Assembly (NCBI GenBank): GCA_944392955.1
Contig: CALXYK010000010.1
Location: 22,758-86,757, forward strand
Source: an uncultured Alphaproteobacteria bacterium
Lineage (GTDB): Bacteria > Pseudomonadota > Alphaproteobacteria > Rs-D84 > CACZYB01
Direction of reading: 5' to 3'
DNA length: 64,000 nt
The notes under the pieces are model-generated. The model was not told the DNA's origin, did no database searches, and was given only the letters and a program-made list of their open reading frames with translations. Shown here piece by piece: positions 12,594 to 24,922 of this stretch (within the stretch, counting starts at the first letter, position 1; each line of letters opens with the position of its first letter). A program made the translations under genes and the position numbers.

Positions 12594-13145
12594 TTATTTA
12601 GCCTGTTTAGAAGCTAATTTTTTTGCAATCCTTGTTGTTTTAGAAGGTTTTTCTGTTTTAATTTTTTTGCCAGTCTGTTCCTTTTTTTCAATAGAAACTA
12701 TTGTACCCCCTACTTTTTCAACAAGTTCTTTTGCTTTGTTTGAAAATGCAGATACTTCTAATGTAATAGCTGTTTTTAATTCACCCTTTGCTAAAAGTTT
12801 TAGTCCATCTTTTACATGAGAAATAACACCTAAATCCTTTAAAATTTCAGCATTTGCTTTATCTTTTAATAATTTAGCATCTATTAGATTTTGAATATCA
12901 CCCAAATTGATTATAGCAAAGGATTTTTTAAAGTTTGCATTGTTAAAACCTCTTTTAGGAAGTCTTCTATAAATAGGTGTTTGACCTCCTTCAAAACCTT
13001 TTCCTTTAATTGCAACTCCAGATCTGGATTTTTGTCCCTTGTTTCCACGACCTGCAGTTTTTCCTTTACCTGAACCAATACCACGGCCAACTCTTAAAAG
13101 TGATTTTCTTGCACCTTTATTATCTTTTATTGTATTTAATTCCAT
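12594..13145 (-). CDS. rplO: 50S ribosomal protein L15
   Basis: RVGRGIGSGKGKT, GFEGGQTP. Confidence 0.96.
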   Translation of the reverse strand: MELNTIKDNKGARKSLLRVGRGIGSGKGKTAGRGNKGQKSRSGVAIKGKGFEGGQTPIYRRLPKRGFNNANFKKSFAIINLGDIQNLIDAKLLKDKANAEILKDLGVISHVKDGLKLLAKGELKTAITLEVSAFSNKAKELVEKVGGTIVSIEKKEQTGKKIKTEKPSKTTRIAKKLASKQAK

Positions 13146-13159
13146 TTTAACACCTTGTT

Positions 13160-13348
13160 TTATTCTTCTATTATTTTTACCAAATGGGAAACTTTGTTAA
13201 CCATACCCCTTATTTCCGGAGTATCAAGCAAAACTTTTTCCTTATTAACCTTTCCCAAGCCCAAACCTTTTAGTGTAGCAATTTGAGATTTTAAATGGCC
13301 ACAACCACTTGCAATTTGTCTTACTTTTATAGTTTTTTGTGTTGTCAT
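13160..13348 (-). CDS. rpmD: 50S ribosomal protein L30
   Basis: TLKGLGL, DTPEIRGMVNKV; position in spc operon. Confidence 0.94.
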   Translation of the reverse strand: MTTQKTIKVRQIASGCGHLKSQIATLKGLGLGKVNKEKVLLDTPEIRGMVNKVSHLVKIIEE

Positions 13349-13359
13349 TTATCTATCCT

Positions 13360-13935
13360 TTATTCTGCTTCTGTTGTATCTGTGTTAATAGAACCTCCGA
13401 TTTTTAAATCACGACGTCCTACAATTTCTCCTATTTTTAAACCTCTTCTATTTGCAACTAACTTTGGTGAAGATAATTCTTCAAAAGCCTTAAAAGTTGC
13501 CTTCAACATATTATGTGGATTAGAAGATCCTTGTGATTTAGATACTATATCTTGGATACCTAAAACTTCAAAAATTGCACGCATAGGACCTCCTGCGATT
13601 ATACCTGTTCCTGATGGAGCAGAACGAAGAATAACTTTTCCAGAACCAAACCTTGTCACAACATCGTGGTGGATAGTTCTTCCTTCCTTTAATGGAACAC
13701 GAATCATATTGCGTTTTGCCTGTTCTGTTGCCTTTCTAACAGCATCAGGAACTTCTTTTGCTTTACCTGTTCCATAACCTATACGACCTTTTCCATCACC
13801 AACTATTACTATTGCTGCAAGAGAGAAATTTTTTCCTCCTTTAACAACTTTTGTTACTCTGTTAACATGGATAAGTCTATCTACTAAACCTTCGTCTTTT
13901 TCTTTTGTTTTTATTTTAGGATTCACCATTTTCAT
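13360..13935 (-). CDS. rpsE: 30S ribosomal protein S5
   Basis: [18 protein letters not shown]. Confidence 0.97.
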   Translation of the reverse strand: MKMVNPKIKTKEKDEGLVDRLIHVNRVTKVVKGGKNFSLAAIVIVGDGKGRIGYGTGKAKEVPDAVRKATEQAKRNMIRVPLKEGRTIHHDVVTRFGSGKVILRSAPSGTGIIAGGPMRAIFEVLGIQDIVSKSQGSSNPHNMLKATFKAFEELSSPKLVANRRGLKIGEIVGRRDLKIGGSINTDTTEAE

Positions 13936-13950
13936 TTTTCCCTATTTATA

Positions 13951-14310
13951 TTAAAAATTAAGTCCAGCTTCTCTTGCGCCTTCTGCTAATGCTTTTACGC
14001 GACCATGATAATAATATGCACCACGATCAAAAACAACATCTTTTACATTTTTTGAAAGAGCAAGTTTTGCTATTTCTGTACCAACTGCTGTTGCAGCTTC
14101 AACTGTTGAAGTCTTTTTTAGTTTAAAATCCTTACATTGTGTAGAATATGCACAAATTGTAATACCCTTTATATCATCTATTATTTGTGCTGATATATGA
14201 GTATTTGTACGATGGACAGAAAGTCTTGGTCTATCAGATTTATTAACTTCTTTCAAATTCCATCTGTTTCTTTTTTTCCTTTGTAAAGACATTTTTTTCA
14301 ATTTATTCAT
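13951..14310 (-). CDS. rplR: 50S ribosomal protein L18
   Basis: [24 protein letters not shown]. Confidence 0.96.
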   Translation of the reverse strand: MNKLKKMSLQRKKRNRWNLKEVNKSDRPRLSVHRTNTHISAQIIDDIKGITICAYSTQCKDFKLKKTSTVEAATAVGTEIAKLALSKNVKDVVFDRGAYYYHGRVKALAEGAREAGLNF

Positions 14311-14331
14311 TTTAAAAGCCCTTCTTATTTA

Positions 14332-14868
14332 TTATTTCTTTTTACCTTCTTTTCTGCGTACATATTCATCTTTATATCTGATACCTTTTCCCTTATATGG
14401 TTCTGGTACACGGAAAGAACGAATCTCAGAAGCTACAAGTCCTAGTAATTCTTTGTTTGCAGATGTTAATTTTAATTCAGTAGGAGATACAACTTCTGCT
14501 TTTACTCCTGCTGGAATATCATATTCAACATTATGAGAAAAACCTATAACCATATCAAGTTTTGTTCCCTTTAATGCAACTTTATAACCAACACCTTTGA
14601 ATTCAAGTTCTTTTGTAAATCCTGTGGATACTCCGATAATTGCATTGTTTATCAAAGCCCTTATTGTTCCCCACATAACACAAGATTGTGCATTGTTAGT
14701 ATCTTTTGGAGAAACTGTTATTTCTTTACCTTCTATTTTAACATCTACCAAATCAGAAAGTTTAACAGCAACTTCACCAACTTTGCCCTTTGCTATAAGT
14801 TGATTATCCTTTATTTCTACTGATACACCATCTACTATTTCAACTGGATGTTTTCCAACTCTTGACAT
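14332..14868 (-). CDS. rplF: 50S ribosomal protein L6
   Basis: MSRVGK, PEPYKGKGI. Confidence 0.97.
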   Translation of the reverse strand: MSRVGKHPVEIVDGVSVEIKDNQLIAKGKVGEVAVKLSDLVDVKIEGKEITVSPKDTNNAQSCVMWGTIRALINNAIIGVSTGFTKELEFKGVGYKVALKGTKLDMVIGFSHNVEYDIPAGVKAEVVSPTELKLTSANKELLGLVASEIRSFRVPEPYKGKGIRYKDEYVRRKEGKKK

Positions 14869-14902
14869 TTTATTTTCCCTTTTTCTTTCGTGTTACCTTT
14901 TA

Positions 14903-15301
14903 TTAGAATACATAGCACAAAACTTCACCACCAACATTTCTTTTTCTTGCTTCGTAATCTGCAAGAACACCAACAGAAGTGGAAAGTATTGCTATACCTA
15001 ATCCATTTTTAACCTTTGGAATATCAACAGTCTTGGAATAATTTCTTCTTCCTGGTCTTGATACCCTTTTTATTTCTTTTATTGCGCCTTGACCTTCAAA
15101 ATATTTAAGATCAATTCTGATTTCTTTTACACCTTTTCTTATTTCTGATGTTTCATATCCTTTTATAAAACCTTCGTTTTTAAGAACTTCTAAAACACCT
15201 TCTCTTAGAATAGAGGCTGGACATTTAACAGAAGCTAGTCCTGCTTTTTGACCATTTCTTATTCTTGTTAACATATCCCCAATTGTATCTGAAAAACTCA
15301 T
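14903..15301 (-). CDS. rpsH: 30S ribosomal protein S8
   Basis: DMLTRIRN, SRPGRR, GGEVLC. Confidence 0.97.
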   Translation of the reverse strand: MSFSDTIGDMLTRIRNGQKAGLASVKCPASILREGVLEVLKNEGFIKGYETSEIRKGVKEIRIDLKYFEGQGAIKEIKRVSRPGRRNYSKTVDIPKVKNGLGIAILSTSVGVLADYEARKRNVGGEVLCYVF

Positions 15302-15326
15302 TTTTTTTACCTTTTCTTAGTTTATA

Positions 15327-15632
15327 TTACCAACTTGATTTTCTTACACCTGGAAGTTTTCCTTCACTTGCCAACTCCCTTAATGAGATACGGCTCATAT
15401 CAAACTTCCTGTAATAACCACGTGGACGACCACTTAAAGCACATCTGTTTCTTACTCTGACAACCGCAGAATTTCTTGGAAGTTTTGCAAGTTTTAAATT
15501 TGCTTCAAAAATATCTTCTGGTTTCGCATTTCTATCTCTTGCAACATCAAGAAGTTTACTTCTTTTTGAACTTAAACTTTTTGACATTTTTATTCTTTTT
15601 TTATTTCTTTCTATTAAACTTACTTTTGACAT
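15327..15632 (-). CDS. rpsN: 30S ribosomal protein S14 (long, Zn-independent form)
   Basis: [21 protein letters not shown]. Confidence 0.97.
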   Translation of the reverse strand: MSKVSLIERNKKRIKMSKSLSSKRSKLLDVARDRNAKPEDIFEANLKLAKLPRNSAVVRVRNRCALSGRPRGYYRKFDMSRISLRELASEGKLPGVRKSSW

Positions 15633-15647
15633 TATACAATATCCTTT

Positions 15648-16190
15648 CTAGTTATAAAATGGGAAGTTAAAAGCAGTAAGCAATGCTTTTGCATCCTTAT
15701 CATTGTTTGCAGTTGTACATATTATAATATCCATACCACGAATATTATCAATTTTATCAAAGTCAATTTCTGGGAATATGATTTGTTCTTTTATTCCAAA
15801 TGCATAGTTTCCTTTTCCATCAAAACTTTTACCATTAAGTCCGCGGAAATCCCTAATTCTTGGCATTGCAACATTTATCAATCTGTCTAAGAAGTCATAC
15901 ATTCTATCTTTTCTTAATGTAACTTTACATCCTATGTGCATACCTTCTTTTAATTTAAAGTTTGCAAGAGACTTTTTAGCCTTGGTAATAACAACTTTTT
16001 GACCTGCAATGGCAGTCATATCCTTTACAGCTGCTTCTAATTTCTTTTTATCAGTAGCAGCATCACCAACTCCCATGTTTAAAACAATTTTTTCCAATTT
16101 TGGAAGTTGCATATCATTTGTATAGCCAAGTTGTTTTTTCAACTCTGCCTTTATTTTTGTATCATATAATTCTTTTAATCTACTTGCCAT
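15648..16190 (-). CDS. rplE: 50S ribosomal protein L5
   Basis: [22 protein letters not shown]. Confidence 0.97.
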   Translation of the reverse strand: MASRLKELYDTKIKAELKKQLGYTNDMQLPKLEKIVLNMGVGDAATDKKKLEAAVKDMTAIAGQKVVITKAKKSLANFKLKEGMHIGCKVTLRKDRMYDFLDRLINVAMPRIRDFRGLNGKSFDGKGNYAFGIKEQIIFPEIDFDKIDNIRGMDIIICTTANNDKDAKALLTAFNFPFYN

Positions 16191-16205
16191 TTTTTAACCT
16201 TTTAT

Positions 16206-16523
16206 TTATAATGTTTCACCACTTTTTTTTGCAAATCTTACTTTTTTACCATCAGATAATACTTTTACTCCTACTTTTGTTGCCTTGCCTGACTTTGGAT
16301 CTACAATTGCAACATTTGAAACATCTATTGGTAAATTTTTTGTTACAATACCAGCTTTGTTACCCTGAGCATCAGCTTTTCTGTGTCTTTGAACCTGATT
16401 GACTCCAGCAACTATAACTTTGTGTTCCGCAGGAAAAGCACTTATAACCTTACCTTTTTTACCTTTATCTTTACCTGTAAGAACTATAACTTCATCATTT
16501 TTCTTTATTTTCATTTTAGGCAT
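16206..16523 (-). CDS. rplX: 50S ribosomal protein L24
   Basis: [17 protein letters not shown]. Confidence 0.96.
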   Translation of the reverse strand: MPKMKIKKNDEVIVLTGKDKGKKGKVISAFPAEHKVIVAGVNQVQRHRKADAQGNKAGIVTKNLPIDVSNVAIVDPKSGKATKVGVKVLSDGKKVRFAKKSGETL

Positions 16524-16541
16524 AATTTTACTCCTTATATA

Positions 16542-16910
16542 TTATAGCACTTCTGGTGCAAGTGATACTATCTTCATAAAATCTTTTGCGCGAAGTTCTC
16601 GTGCAACCGGGCCAAAGATACGTGTTCCTATTGGCTCTTTATTAGCATTTATAAGAACTGCAGCATTAGAATCAAATCTAATTACACTACCATCTGCTCT
16701 TTTTATATCTTTTTTAGTTCTTACAATAACAGCCTTGTAAACTTTTCCTTTTTGAACTTTACCTTTTGGCATTGCTTCTTTTACTGAAACAACTATTATA
16801 TCACCAACACTTGCTGTGCGAATATGAGAACCGCCAAGAACTTTAATACATTGTACTTTCTTAGCTCCGCTGTTGTCTGCCGCATCAAGAATAGATTGCA
16901 TCTGTATCAT
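16542..16910 (-). CDS. rplN: 50S ribosomal protein L14
   Basis: [21 protein letters not shown]. Confidence 0.97.
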   Translation of the reverse strand: MIQMQSILDAADNSGAKKVQCIKVLGGSHIRTASVGDIIVVSVKEAMPKGKVQKGKVYKAVIVRTKKDIKRADGSVIRFDSNAAVLINANKEPIGTRIFGPVARELRAKDFMKIVSLAPEVL

Positions 16911-16931
16911 TTTATTTAATCCCTTATAACT

Positions 16932-17177
16932 TTATTTTTCTTCTTTATTGTCTGTGAAAAGTTCCCATGTCTTTGTTTTAGAGATAGGTTTTGTTTCACG
17001 AATTTTTACTGTGTCACCTAATTTTGCACTATTGTTTTCATCATGTGCATGGTATTTTTTTGTAGTCCTTAAAAACTTTTTGTATAGAGGGTGCATAAAC
17101 TTTCTTTCAACCTCTACCACAATGGTTTTATCCATTTTAGTACTTACAACTGTTCCTTCTAATATTCTTTTTGGCAT
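16932..17177 (-). CDS. rpsQ: 30S ribosomal protein S17
   Basis: [20 protein letters not shown]. Confidence 0.97.
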   Translation of the reverse strand: MPKRILEGTVVSTKMDKTIVVEVERKFMHPLYKKFLRTTKKYHAHDENNSAKLGDTVKIRETKPISKTKTWELFTDNKEEK

Positions 17178-17188
17178 TTCTTACCCTC

Positions 17189-17404
17189 TTACTTTTTTGT
17201 TTCTACTTTTTTAGTATTTGTTAAAAAACCTTTTAACATTGCAATAGATTTTTTAGTCTTTCTTAATAAAGAAGAATCTTTCAAACTTCCAGTAGTATGT
17301 TGGAATCTTAAATTCATAAGTTCCTTTTTCAAATCTAATATTTTAGATGAAACTTCTTCTTTGCTTGCAGTTTTTAATTTTAAAATATCTTGTTTGCTTT
17401 TCAT
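17189..17404 (-). CDS. rpmC: 50S ribosomal protein L29
   Basis: LKKELMNLRFQ; position in S10 operon. Confidence 0.93.
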   Translation of the reverse strand: MKSKQDILKLKTASKEEVSSKILDLKKELMNLRFQHTTGSLKDSSLLRKTKKSIAMLKGFLTNTKKVETKK

Positions 17405-17413
17405 AATTTCACC

Positions 17414-17830
17414 TTATTCTACTTCTTTTCTTGTTACAAATTTTGTTTTAACAGGAAGTTTAAATGCTGCCAAAGAAAGTGCTTGTCTTGCTAATTCTTC
17501 GGAAATTCCATCAACTTCAAACATTATACGACCTGGTTTAACTCTTGTTACCCAATATTCAACAGCACCTTTTCCTTTTCCCATACGAACTTCGGCTGGT
17601 TTCTTTGATACAGGAACATCTGGGAATATGCGAATCCATACCCTACCCTGTCTTTTCATTGCTCTGGTCATTGCCCTACGAGCAGCCTCTATCTGTCTTG
17701 CTGTAACTCGTTCTGGGGTCAATGCTTTTAATCCAAATGAACCAAAATCAAGTTCTGTCGCACCCTTTGATTCTCCGTGAATTCTTCCTTTATGAGCTTT
17801 TTTAAATTTTGTTTTCTTAGGCATTAACAT
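17414..17830 (-). CDS. rplP: 50S ribosomal protein L16
   Basis: [14 protein letters not shown]. Confidence 0.97.
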   Translation of the reverse strand: MLMPKKTKFKKAHKGRIHGESKGATELDFGSFGLKALTPERVTARQIEAARRAMTRAMKRQGRVWIRIFPDVPVSKKPAEVRMGKGKGAVEYWVTRVKPGRIMFEVDGISEELARQALSLAAFKLPVKTKFVTRKEVE

Positions 17831-17862
17831 TTTAATTTTTCCTTTTTATTTTCTTTATTCAA

Positions 17863-18552
17863 CTAGTTTGACACCTTATCATTAGTTGCCATTGCATTTA
17901 TTTTACGATCTGTTGCAAGTGCTTCTTTACCAACAACATCTCCTTTGTAAATCCAAACTCTTACACCAATAACTCCGTATGTAGTTTCGGCACGTGCATA
18001 TCCATAATCTATGTCTGCACGAAGTGTATGCAAAGGCACTCTTCCTTCACGATACCATTCTTCTCTTGCTATTTCTGCACCATTCAAACGTCCAGCACAA
18101 CTTACCTTAATACCTTTTGCACCACTTCTTAAAGCATTTTGAACAGCCTTTTTCATAGCCTTTTTAAAAGAAATTCTTCTTTCTATTTGAGAAGCAATTG
18201 ATTTTGCAGTTATTACAGCATCAACATCTGCCTTTCTTACTTCTACAATATTGACATTTACATCGGATTTTGTAATTTTGCTTAGTGATTTTTTCAAGTT
18301 ATCAATATCTGCACCTTTTTTACCTATAATCAAACCAGGTTGTGATGAAAAAATGATAACATTTATTTTATTTGCTATTCTTTCTATAACAACATGACTT
18401 ACACTAGCTTTTTTCAATTCTTTATCTATGAAAGATCTTATCTTTAAATCTTCATGTAATTGTGTTGCATAACTTTTATCTGCGAACCATCTTGAATCCC
18501 AAGTTCTGTTCACATTTAATCTTAAACCTAGTGGATTTACCTTTTGTCCCAT
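17863..18552 (-). CDS. rpsC: 30S ribosomal protein S3
   Basis: [21 protein letters not shown]. Confidence 0.97.
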   Translation of the reverse strand: MGQKVNPLGLRLNVNRTWDSRWFADKSYATQLHEDLKIRSFIDKELKKASVSHVVIERIANKINVIIFSSQPGLIIGKKGADIDNLKKSLSKITKSDVNVNIVEVRKADVDAVITAKSIASQIERRISFKKAMKKAVQNALRSGAKGIKVSCAGRLNGAEIAREEWYREGRVPLHTLRADIDYGYARAETTYGVIGVRVWIYKGDVVGKEALATDRKINAMATNDKVSN

Positions 18553-18990
18553 TTATTTTGCCTCTTTCTTTTCTGTTTTAGGTTTCGATTTCTTTACTTC
18601 TTCCTTTTTTGCTTTTACAGCAGGTGCTATTTTTTCAGCAACTATCACTGTCATATTTGAAAATGGTTTCAATATAGCAGCACCACGACCACGTGCACGA
18701 GCATGGAATCTTTTCATAACTAATGCTTTTCCAACATAAGCTTCTTTTATATATAATTTATCTATATCCAATTTGTAATTATGTTCAGCATTGCTAATTG
18801 CAGAAAGAACTAATTTCTTTACTTCTACTGCTACCCTTTTCTTTGAAAATGTTAATTGCTCTATCGCTTTGTCCGCAGAAAGACCACGTATAGATTGAGC
18901 AACAAGGTTTAACTTTTGAGGAGAGGTCTTAACCATTCTCAAAAAAGCTCTTGCTTCGTTTTCTTTTATTCCATATCTTTTTTCAACCAT
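18553..18990 (-). CDS. rplV: 50S ribosomal protein L22
   Basis: [23 protein letters not shown]. Confidence 0.96.
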   Translation of the reverse strand: MVEKRYGIKENEARAFLRMVKTSPQKLNLVAQSIRGLSADKAIEQLTFSKKRVAVEVKKLVLSAISNAEHNYKLDIDKLYIKEAYVGKALVMKRFHARARGRGAAILKPFSNMTVIVAEKIAPAVKAKKEEVKKSKPKTEKKEAK

Positions 18991-19005
18991 TTTTTAATCC
19001 TTTAA

Positions 19006-19287
19006 TTATTTTGCAGCCTTTTTATCTGCTTCTTTTTTATGACCTTTGAATGTTCTTGTCAATGCGAATTCACCAAGTTTGTGACCTATCATTTCTTCTG
19101 CTACCAAAACAGGAATAAATTTGTTACCATTATGAACAGCAAAAGTCAAACCTACCATATTTGGTAAAATTGTAGAAGATCTTGACCATGTTTTTATTGG
19201 TTTTCTGTCATTATTTTGATTCGCTACATCTACTTTTTTCAAAAGTGATGGATGTATATATGGACCTTTCCAAATAGATCTAGTCAA
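19006..19287 (-). CDS. rpsS: 30S ribosomal protein S19
   Basis: KTWSR, GHKLGEF. Confidence 0.97.
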   Translation of the reverse strand: MTRSIWKGPYIHPSLLKKVDVANQNNDRKPIKTWSRSSTILPNMVGLTFAVHNGNKFIPVLVAEEMIGHKLGEFALTRTFKGHKKEADKKAAK

Positions 19288-19300
19288 TTTAATTTACTCC

Positions 19301-20134
19301 TTATTTCTTTTTGGTTAAATGTCTACTTTTCAAGATAAACTTGTCTGTAAACTTATTTGTTCTTGTTTTATATCCTTTTGTTGGCTGTCCTGTTGGTGAA
19401 ACCGGATGTTTACCAAAGTTTCTTCCTTCACCACCACCATGAGGATGATCAACTGGGTTCATGGCTGTTCCACGAACATGTGGCCTTCTTCCTAACCAAG
19501 AGTTTCTTCCTGCTTTTCCAAGGTTAACATTTCTTTGTTCTGGATTTGAAACAGCACCTATACTTGCATAACATTCACAACTTACAAGTCTTAATTCACC
19601 AGAATTTAACTTTATCTGTGCAAATCCTGCATCTTTACCAGCTAATTGAGCATAACATCCTGCCGAACGAGCAAGTTGTCCACCACAACCAGGTTTTGTT
19701 TCTATATTATGAATTATTGTTCCCATTGGAATATTTTTTAATGGTAATGCATTTCCTACCTGAATATCAACATTATCACCTGCTATAACTTTACTACCAA
19801 CAGATAATCTTTGTGGAGCAAGTATATATGCCTGTTCACCATCTTCGTATTTTATAAGAGCAATAAATGCAGTTCTGTTTGGATCATATTCCAATCTTTC
19901 TACTACTGCAAACATATCTCTTTTATTTCTTTTGAAGTCAATAATTCTGTATCTTTGTTTATGGCCACCACCCATATTTCTATTTGTTTGATGTCCAAAA
20001 TTGTTACGACCACCTGTTTTTCTTTTTCCTTCTGTTAATTTTTTAACAGGTTTTCCTTTATACAATTCACTTTTATCTACCAAAGTTAATGATCTTTGGG
20101 AAGGTGTTGTTGGATTAAATAATTTCAAAGCCAT
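19301..20134 (-). CDS. rplB: 50S ribosomal protein L2
   Basis: [21 protein letters not shown]. Confidence 0.98.
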   Translation of the reverse strand: MALKLFNPTTPSQRSLTLVDKSELYKGKPVKKLTEGKRKTGGRNNFGHQTNRNMGGGHKQRYRIIDFKRNKRDMFAVVERLEYDPNRTAFIALIKYEDGEQAYILAPQRLSVGSKVIAGDNVDIQVGNALPLKNIPMGTIIHNIETKPGCGGQLARSAGCYAQLAGKDAGFAQIKLNSGELRLVSCECYASIGAVSNPEQRNVNLGKAGRNSWLGRRPHVRGTAMNPVDHPHGGGEGRNFGKHPVSPTGQPTKGYKTRTNKFTDKFILKSRHLTKKK

Positions 20135-20147
20135 TTTCGTTCATCCT

Positions 20148-20468
20148 TTATTTCAAACCAGCCATAATATCAATATTATGACCTTCTTCTAGTGTTACAT
20201 AAGCCTTTTTCAAATCTGATGTCGAACCTAAAACCCCTCTAAACCTTTTTGTTTTTCCAGGTTTCATAGTTATATTAACAGATTTTACTTTTACATTATA
20301 AAGTTTTTCAACTGCATTTTTAACATCTGTTTTTGTCGCATCTAATTTTACTCCAAAAACGATTTTACCTTGTTCTGCAACCAAAGTTGTTTTTTCTGTA
20401 ATGATAGGTCGTTGTAATATATCATACATCTTTTCTGTTATTTTTACATCTTTATTTTTAACTACCAT
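20148..20468 (-). CDS. rplW: 50S ribosomal protein L23
   Basis: PIITEK, KKAYVTL. Confidence 0.96.
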   Translation of the reverse strand: MVVKNKDVKITEKMYDILQRPIITEKTTLVAEQGKIVFGVKLDATKTDVKNAVEKLYNVKVKSVNITMKPGKTKRFRGVLGSTSDLKKAYVTLEEGHNIDIMAGLK

Positions 20469-20479
20469 TTTTCAATCCT

Positions 20480-21103
20480 TTATTTTGATAACCTTTTTGT
20501 TAATTTTTCAACAGCATCTTTGGTCAAAACAAGTGTATCATGTTTCAAAATATCATATACATTTGCACCTTGAGAAGGTAAAGCATCTGTATTTATGATA
20601 TTTTTTAATGCCAAAACAAAATTACCATCTAATACTTCACCACCTATAAACAAAGGTTTTTTCCAACCTAATACATCTATTTTAGTTTTCAAATCTTTTG
20701 TTTTAGGAGTCGCACATTTTTCCGTATCTATAACAACAAGTTTTTTATCTTCTAATTTAGAAGATAATGCCATTTTTAAACCTAATGCACGAACTTTTTT
20801 AAGTAAAGAAAAGCCATGTTCACGAACAACTGGACCAAATATTGTCGCACCACCTCTCATTTGTGGAGAACGCAAAGATCCCTGTCTTGCACGACCAGTT
20901 CCTTTTTGTGAGAAAGGTTTTTTAGTAGTTCCACTTACTTCTGAAATAACTTTTGTAGAATGTGTTCCAGCACGTCTTTTCGCTAATTGCCAGTTAACAA
21001 CTCTGAACAAAATATCCTTTCTAGGAGTAATACCAAATATTTCCTTTGGTAGTTCAACCTGACCTTGTACTTTATTATCTAATGTAATAACATCTACTTT
21101 CAT
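20480..21103 (-). CDS. rplD: 50S ribosomal protein L4
   Basis: QKGTGRARQG, GGATIFGP. Confidence 0.97.
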   Translation of the reverse strand: MKVDVITLDNKVQGQVELPKEIFGITPRKDILFRVVNWQLAKRRAGTHSTKVISEVSGTTKKPFSQKGTGRARQGSLRSPQMRGGATIFGPVVREHGFSLLKKVRALGLKMALSSKLEDKKLVVIDTEKCATPKTKDLKTKIDVLGWKKPLFIGGEVLDGNFVLALKNIINTDALPSQGANVYDILKHDTLVLTKDAVEKLTKRLSK

Positions 21104-21106
21104 TTT

Positions 21107-21853
21107 TTACTCCTTTGATTCCTCAACAACAGAATCTTCTTCTTTTGTTTCAGAAGTTTCTTCTTTTACTTCTACTTTATTTGTTTTCTTTACACTTGCT
21201 GGAACAGGAGCCTGTGAAGGCAAAGCCCTTTTTACAGCATCATAAATACATACAACAGAACCTGTTGCACCTGGGACTGCACCACGAACAAGGATATATC
21301 CGTTTTCATCATCTGTATCAACAACTACTAGGTTTTGAATAGTTACATTAACATTTCCTAAATGTCCAGGCATTTTCTTTCCTTTGAAAACACGTCCTGG
21401 ATCTTGACATTGACCTGTTGAACCAACAGAACGATGTGAAACAGAAACACCATGGGTATCTTCTAATCCACGGAAGTTCCATCTTTTCATACCACCAGCA
21501 TATCCTTTACCTATGGATCTACCAGAAACATCAACAAATTGTCCCTTTACGAAATGAGATGGTAATATTTCATCACCTATATTCAACATACAATCCTCAG
21601 AAACACGAAATTCCCTTATTTCTTTTGGAAGAACACCTGATTTTTTCAAATGTCCTTTTAAAGATTTTGAAATTTTGCTTTCTTTTGCAACCCCTGCACC
21701 AAGTTGAACAGATGTATATCCATCTCTGTCCTTTGTTTTAACATCAACAACCTTACAATTGTCAATTTTTAGAACAGTAACAGGAACATGTTTATTATTT
21801 TCATCAAAAACACGGGTCATTCCCATTTTATATGCTATTAAACCAGTTCTCAT
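21107..21853 (-). CDS. rplC: 50S ribosomal protein L3
   Basis: KMGMT, PGRVFKGKKMPG; start placed at MRTGL. Confidence 0.97.
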   Translation of the reverse strand: MRTGLIAYKMGMTRVFDENNKHVPVTVLKIDNCKVVDVKTKDRDGYTSVQLGAGVAKESKISKSLKGHLKKSGVLPKEIREFRVSEDCMLNIGDEILPSHFVKGQFVDVSGRSIGKGYAGGMKRWNFRGLEDTHGVSVSHRSVGSTGQCQDPGRVFKGKKMPGHLGNVNVTIQNLVVVDTDDENGYILVRGAVPGATGSVVCIYDAVKRALPSQAPVPASVKKTNKVEVKEETSETKEEDSVVEESKE

Positions 21854-21863
21854 AATATTCACC

Positions 21864-22172
21864 TTACAATTCAACTTTTACATCTACTCCAACAGATAGA
21901 TTTAGATTCATCAAAGCATCTACTGTTTGAGGAGTTGGGTTTATAATATCTAAAACTCTTTTATGAGTTCTTATTTCAAACTGCTCACGTGATTTTTTAT
22001 TTACATGAGTAGAACGATTAACTGTAAATTTTTCTATCTTTGTTGGCAATGGGATTGGACCTATTACCTCTGCACCTGTTCTTTTTGCAGTGCTTACAAT
22101 TTCATGTACAGATTCATCAAGAACCTGATTATCAAAGGCTTTTAACCTAATTCTTATATTAGAATTTATCAT
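21864..22172 (-). CDS. rpsJ: 30S ribosomal protein S10
   Basis: [22 protein letters not shown]. Confidence 0.98.
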   Translation of the reverse strand: MINSNIRIRLKAFDNQVLDESVHEIVSTAKRTGAEVIGPIPLPTKIEKFTVNRSTHVNKKSREQFEIRTHKRVLDIINPTPQTVDALMNLNLSVGVDVKVEL

Positions 22173-22224
22173 TTTTTAATTCCTTATTAACTTTATAAAC
22201 AGCATAAAAGTGTTTTAAGATACT

Positions 22225-22273
22225 AAATGAAACAAAAGAAAAAATCAAGCACTTTTTTTCTTTTATTTCATTT
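22225..22273. repeat. 20-bp-arm inverted repeat (1 mismatch) between fusA and rpsJ
   Basis: AAATGAAACAAAAGAAAAAA-9 nt-TTTTTTCTTTTATTTCATTT. Confidence 0.75.
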
Positions 22274-22323
22274 TTATATCAATGTCTTTTTAAAACAAAG
22301 TAAACACTTAAACTTTGTCTTAT

Positions 22324-24405
22324 TTATTTGGTTCCTGCTTTTGCACGAATCTCTTCTGCTACATTAGATGGAACATCAGCATAATGATCAAACACCATTG
22401 TATATTGTGCACGACCTTGTGACATAGATCTTAATGTATTAACATAACCAAACATATTTGCCAATGGAACCATTGCTGTAATAATTCGAGCATTTCCCTG
22501 GCTATCCATATTTCCTACTTGACCTCTACGAGAGTTAATATCACCAATAATATCACCCATATAATCTTCTGGTGTTACTATTTCCACTTTCATAATTGGC
22601 TCCATAAGTTTTGGACCAGCCTGTGGGATACCTTCCCTAAATGCAGCCCTTGCTGCTATTTCAAAGGCAAGAACAGAAGAATCGACATCATGATAAGCAC
22701 CATCTATCAATGTAGCCTTAAAATCAGTACATGGATATCCAGCAAGCACACCTGTTTCCTTAGCCAATTCAAAACCTTTTTCAACACCTGGAACATATTC
22801 TTTTGGAACATTTCCACCGACAATTTTACTTTCGAATTGGAAGCCTTCACCTGCCTTTAAAGGTTCAAGTAAAACTTTAATTTTTGCGAATTGTCCAGAA
22901 CCACCAGTTTGTTTTTTATGTGTATATTCAACTGTATATGGTTTGGAAATAGTTTCCCTATATGCAACCTGTGGAGCACCAATGTTTGCTTCTACCTTAA
23001 ATTCCCTTTTCATTCTATCAACAATAATATCAAGATGAAGTTCACCCATACCTTTTATTATAGTTTGACCTGTTTCTTGATCTGTTGACACTTTGAAAGA
23101 AGGATCTTCCACAGCAAGTTTTTGTAAAGCCAATCCCATTTTTTCAATATCCGCTTTTGTTTTTGGTTCAACAGCAACTTCAATAACTGGATCTGGGAAA
23201 TCCATTTTTTCAAGAATTATTGGTTTTGATTCATCACAAAGTGTATCACCTGTTGTTGTATCTTTTAATCCAACAAGAGCAATAATATCACCTGCATATG
23301 CCTCTTTTATTTCTTGACGATTATTAGAGTGCATCAAAATCATACGACCGATACGTTCTTTCTTATCCTTTACAGAATTATATACATATGAACCAGCCTC
23401 TAACTTTCCAGAATAAACACGAGTGAATGTTAAAGAACCAACAAAAGGATCATTCATAATTTTGAATGCCAATGCTGAGAATGGAGCATCATCAGAAGGT
23501 TGTCTTTCATCTTCCTTATCTGTTTTTGGATTTATTCCCTTTATAGCAGGAATATCAATAGGTGATGGAAGGTAATCAACAACACAATCTAGTAAATATT
23601 GAACACCTTTGTTTTTGAAAGAAGAACCACAGAACACAGGGAATATTTTCATTGCCAAAGTTCCCTTTCTGATACATTTTTTCAATGTTTCTACATCAGG
23701 TTCTTTTCCTTCCAAATATGCTTCCATAGCATCATCATCAAATTCAACAACTGCATCAAGTAATTCAGTTCTTGCTTGTTTTGCTTTTTCTTGTAATTCT
23801 GCTGGAATATCAAGGATATCGTAAGATGCACCCATATCTTCAGAATGCCATACAAGAGCCTTCATAGTAACTAAATCAACAATACCTTTGAAATCAGCTT
23901 CGGCACCAATAGCCAAACACAAAGAAACGGCATTTGCACCTAATCTATCACGAATAGTACCTACACAATATTCATAGTTAGCACCAATACGATCCATTTT
24001 ATTTATAAAACAGATACGAGGAACTTTATACTTATCAGCCTGTCGCCAAACTGTTTCTGATTGAGGTTGAACACCAGCAACACCTTCAAAAACAGCAACA
24101 GCACCATCAAGAACACGCAAAGATCTTTCAACTTCAACAGTAAAATCAACGTGCCCCGGTGTGTCAATTAAGTTTATTCTGTGTTCTTTCCAATAGCAAG
24201 TTGTTGCAGCAGATGTAATTGTTATACCACGTTCCTGTTCTTGTTCCATCCAGTCCATAGTTGCGCCACCTTCGTGAACTTCACCTATTTTATGAGTTTT
24301 TCCTGTGTAGAACAAAATACGCTCTGATGTTGTTGTTTTTCCAGCATCAATATGAGCCATAATTCCTATATTTCTATATTTATCTAATGCAGTAGTTCTT
24401 GCCAT
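22324..24405 (-). CDS. fusA: Elongation factor G
   Basis: [26 protein letters not shown]. Confidence 0.99.
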   Translation of the reverse strand: MARTTALDKYRNIGIMAHIDAGKTTTSERILFYTGKTHKIGEVHEGGATMDWMEQEQERGITITSAATTCYWKEHRINLIDTPGHVDFTVEVERSLRVLDGAVAVFEGVAGVQPQSETVWRQADKYKVPRICFINKMDRIGANYEYCVGTIRDRLGANAVSLCLAIGAEADFKGIVDLVTMKALVWHSEDMGASYDILDIPAELQEKAKQARTELLDAVVEFDDDAMEAYLEGKEPDVETLKKCIRKGTLAMKIFPVFCGSSFKNKGVQYLLDCVVDYLPSPIDIPAIKGINPKTDKEDERQPSDDAPFSALAFKIMNDPFVGSLTFTRVYSGKLEAGSYVYNSVKDKKERIGRMILMHSNNRQEIKEAYAGDIIALVGLKDTTTGDTLCDESKPIILEKMDFPDPVIEVAVEPKTKADIEKMGLALQKLAVEDPSFKVSTDQETGQTIIKGMGELHLDIIVDRMKREFKVEANIGAPQVAYRETISKPYTVEYTHKKQTGGSGQFAKIKVLLEPLKAGEGFQFESKIVGGNVPKEYVPGVEKGFELAKETGVLAGYPCTDFKATLIDGAYHDVDSSVLAFEIAARAAFREGIPQAGPKLMEPIMKVEIVTPEDYMGDIIGDINSRRGQVGNMDSQGNARIITAMVPLANMFGYVNTLRSMSQGRAQYTMVFDHYADVPSNVAEEIRAKAGTK

Positions 24406-24437
24406 AATATTTTCCTTATTCCTTATTTCCTTTTATA

Positions 24438-24908
24438 TTACCATCTGAAATGAGAGAAAGCCTTATTAGCTTCTGCCATCTTATGAACATCAGATTTCTT
24501 TTTCAATGAAGCACCATTTCCCGCAAGAATATCTAAAAATTCGCCAGAAAGTCTTTCTGCCATTGTTTTTTCATTACGTTTTCTTGCAGCTTCTATAATC
24601 CAACGAATTGCTAATGCTTCACGTCTTGCTGGACGAACTTCGGTTGGAACCTGATATGTTGCACCACCAACACGACGAGAACGAACTTCAAGAGATGGTT
24701 TTACCTTATCAACCAATTCCAAAAATTGTGAAAGTTCATCTTTTTTTGTTTTTGCTTTCACTGCATCTAGTGCCTTATACATAATACCACTTGCAACGGT
24801 ACGTTTTCCATCAACCATCAAGTAGTTCATAAATTTTGAAACTAATAAATTTGCATATTTTGGATCTGGATTTATAACCCTTTTATCTGCTCTTTTTCTT
24901 CTTGACAT
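24438..24908 (-). CDS. rpsG: 30S ribosomal protein S7
   Basis: [19 protein letters not shown]. Confidence 0.98.
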   Translation of the reverse strand: MSRRKRADKRVINPDPKYANLLVSKFMNYLMVDGKRTVASGIMYKALDAVKAKTKKDELSQFLELVDKVKPSLEVRSRRVGGATYQVPTEVRPARREALAIRWIIEAARKRNEKTMAERLSGEFLDILAGNGASLKKKSDVHKMAEANKAFSHFRW

Positions 24909-24922
24909 ATTAACTCCTTATA

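Noticed and set aside
7915-23824. Many plus-strand ORFs of 60-190 aa opposite the ribosomal genes
   Set aside because: Antisense shadows of conserved genes, with no recognisable motifs.
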